Origin: an uncultured delta proteobacterium
GTDB lineage: Bacteria > Desulfobacterota > RBG-13-43-22
Length of the DNA stretch: 64,000 bases
NCBI GenBank assembly: GCA_963711835.1
Contig: CAVQFQ010000025.1
Span: 49,442-113,441, forward strand
Direction of reading: 5' to 3'
Part shown: piece by piece, positions 62,857 to 64,000 of the stretch
Layout: every line of letters starts with the position of its first letter
How positions within the stretch are numbered: the first letter of the stretch is position 1
Made by a program: the position numbers and the translations under genes
Notes under the pieces: generated by a model
The model's input: the letters and a program-made list of their open reading frames with translations, nothing else
The model's database searches: none
Told to the model about the DNA's origin: nothing

Positions 62857-63564
62857 TCACTTCTTCAGTATCCCGGTTTTGTTTATCAGCATCCCAAGGT
62901 CTTCCAGACGGTAGCGCATGGCTTCTTTCGAGCAATTCGTAAAACCCCCGGCGGTGATGACCTGCTGGGCGATTTCCTTGGCCGTCTCCAGGCAGGGGTC
63001 CAAGACCGGCATAACCGCCCGGGAAATTCGGCTGAAGCAGGATTTCCGGTTGTACATGACCAAAGGATCAGGCCCGAAGCATTTTTCGAAAGAAACCCGG
63101 ACTTCTTCTTCGGGCATGAGCAGGCAGGCGGCAAAGTAATCGGCCTGCCACTCACCCCGCAGCTTGGCATCCTGCTTCCGGCAGACCACCACCGGGACTT
63201 TCCGGTTGCTTTGGCGGACTGAGCTATTATTTCTCTCTAAGAATTCCTTATGAAGGACCCAGTGGCCTACCTCATGGGCGCAGGTGAAGGCGATCCGCCC
63301 CTCGATTCCCTCGGATAGACCCTCATGAATGATCACCCGACCCTCGTTCACCCAGGTGGCCCCCAGCACGTCTGATTCACCCAGGATTGCATCGAGGTCG
63401 TCATACTCCAGGCTCAGCCCCAGGTGCTTTTCGATCAGAGCTTCCACCGGGTAGGGGGCTTCAGGATTTTTTCGGGTGCTCTCCCGGTAATCGTCCCAAA
63501 GGGATTGGGCCTTCCAGCCGATAGTCGAACGGTCCAGCCAGGGGACCTGATTCAGCCATTCCAT
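62857..63564 (-). CDS. ImmA/IrrE-family metallopeptidase
   Basis: RIAFTCAHEVGHWVLH (HExxH), EWQADYFAACLLMP. Confidence 0.88.
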   Translation of the reverse strand: MEWLNQVPWLDRSTIGWKAQSLWDDYRESTRKNPEAPYPVEALIEKHLGLSLEYDDLDAILGESDVLGATWVNEGRVIIHEGLSEGIEGRIAFTCAHEVGHWVLHKEFLERNNSSVRQSNRKVPVVVCRKQDAKLRGEWQADYFAACLLMPEEEVRVSFEKCFGPDPLVMYNRKSCFSRISRAVMPVLDPCLETAKEIAQQVITAGGFTNCSKEAMRYRLEDLGMLINKTGILKK

Positions 63565-63569
63565 GGGTT

Positions 63570-63945
63570 TTACCTTGTTTTTTTATTCTGAAATAATTTG
63601 GGGATCATCTGGCCCAGCCGCTCCCAGTCCTGCCTGGATTGGAGGCCTGATTCTTCCGCTTTTCGTAAAAAATCGGCCATGCCCCGGGGATTCTTCTGAA
63701 AGGCCGCCAGGAACTCCGGGGGCATCTTCCCGGCCAGGCTGAACAGCTCATATTTGTCGGCCTGAAGGGCTTCGGCCAGACGCTCGATGACCCCCTCGGA
63801 GGGCGGCGGGACCTTGTTGTTTTCCAGATGGCTCATATAGGTAGGGGAGAGGCCCACCTTGGAGGCAAAAGTTCCGCAGGCTGGCATATTCCTCCCGTTG
63901 AAGCCGAAGCTCCCGCAGTTTGTCGCCAAAGGTTTTATGCTTCAT
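63570..63945 (-). CDS. XRE-family HTH regulator; 1-nt frameshift near 63868
   Basis: FGDKLRELR...SLRNF joins ASKVGLSPTYMSHLENNKVPPPSE when one T is removed. Confidence 0.8.
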
Positions 63946-64000
63946 GGTCGTTTAATGTAATTAAACAATAAACGGTTGTCAAGAAAAAAATGGGTACGTG

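Noticed and set aside
1-64000. tRNA (including tRNA-Sec) and rRNA genes
   Set aside because: None recognised by eye; tRNAscan-SE or Aragorn needed to exclude them

Overview
Bacterial window, probably Desulfobacterota/deltaproteobacterial judging from gene content (inference). Left flank (1-4488): thiolase, crotonase, two acyl-CoA dehydrogenases and a corrinoid adenosyltransferase. Centre (about 4.6-30.8 kb): a corrinoid-dependent methyl-transfer island with four MtaA/CmuA (URO-D fold) methyltransferases, two corrinoid proteins, two RACE/ASKHA activators (one carrying an inserted GltD-like flavin/Fe-S module), an MtrH-like methyltransferase, two paralogous PAS-kinase/NarL regulator pairs and two V4R proteins. 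Hidden in the gaps of the ORF track are four UGA-interrupted reading frames with six in-frame TGA codons at Cys-equivalent positions, followed by similar hairpins with a UGGA-containing loop: an HMA-fold protein with a UxxU motif, an HMA-fold protein with one U, a UxxC thioredoxin-like domain fused to thioredoxin reductase, and a two-U thioredoxin-like protein. YedF lies next to them. This selenoprotein-rich methyl-transfer system is the main finding. Right part: isobutyryl-CoA-mutase-like icmAB-meaB, assorted enzymes, the rng-rplU-rpmA-obgE-proB-proA-nadD-rsfS housekeeping block, two families of MITE-like elements, glnS, and a terminal accessory region (TA modules, integrase remnant, Ycf46-like AAA/DUF1257/DUF2997 cluster, ImmA/XRE pair). 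Several single-base frameshifts, including one in glnS, suggest assembly indel errors. All family assignments are from motif recognition, not database searches.
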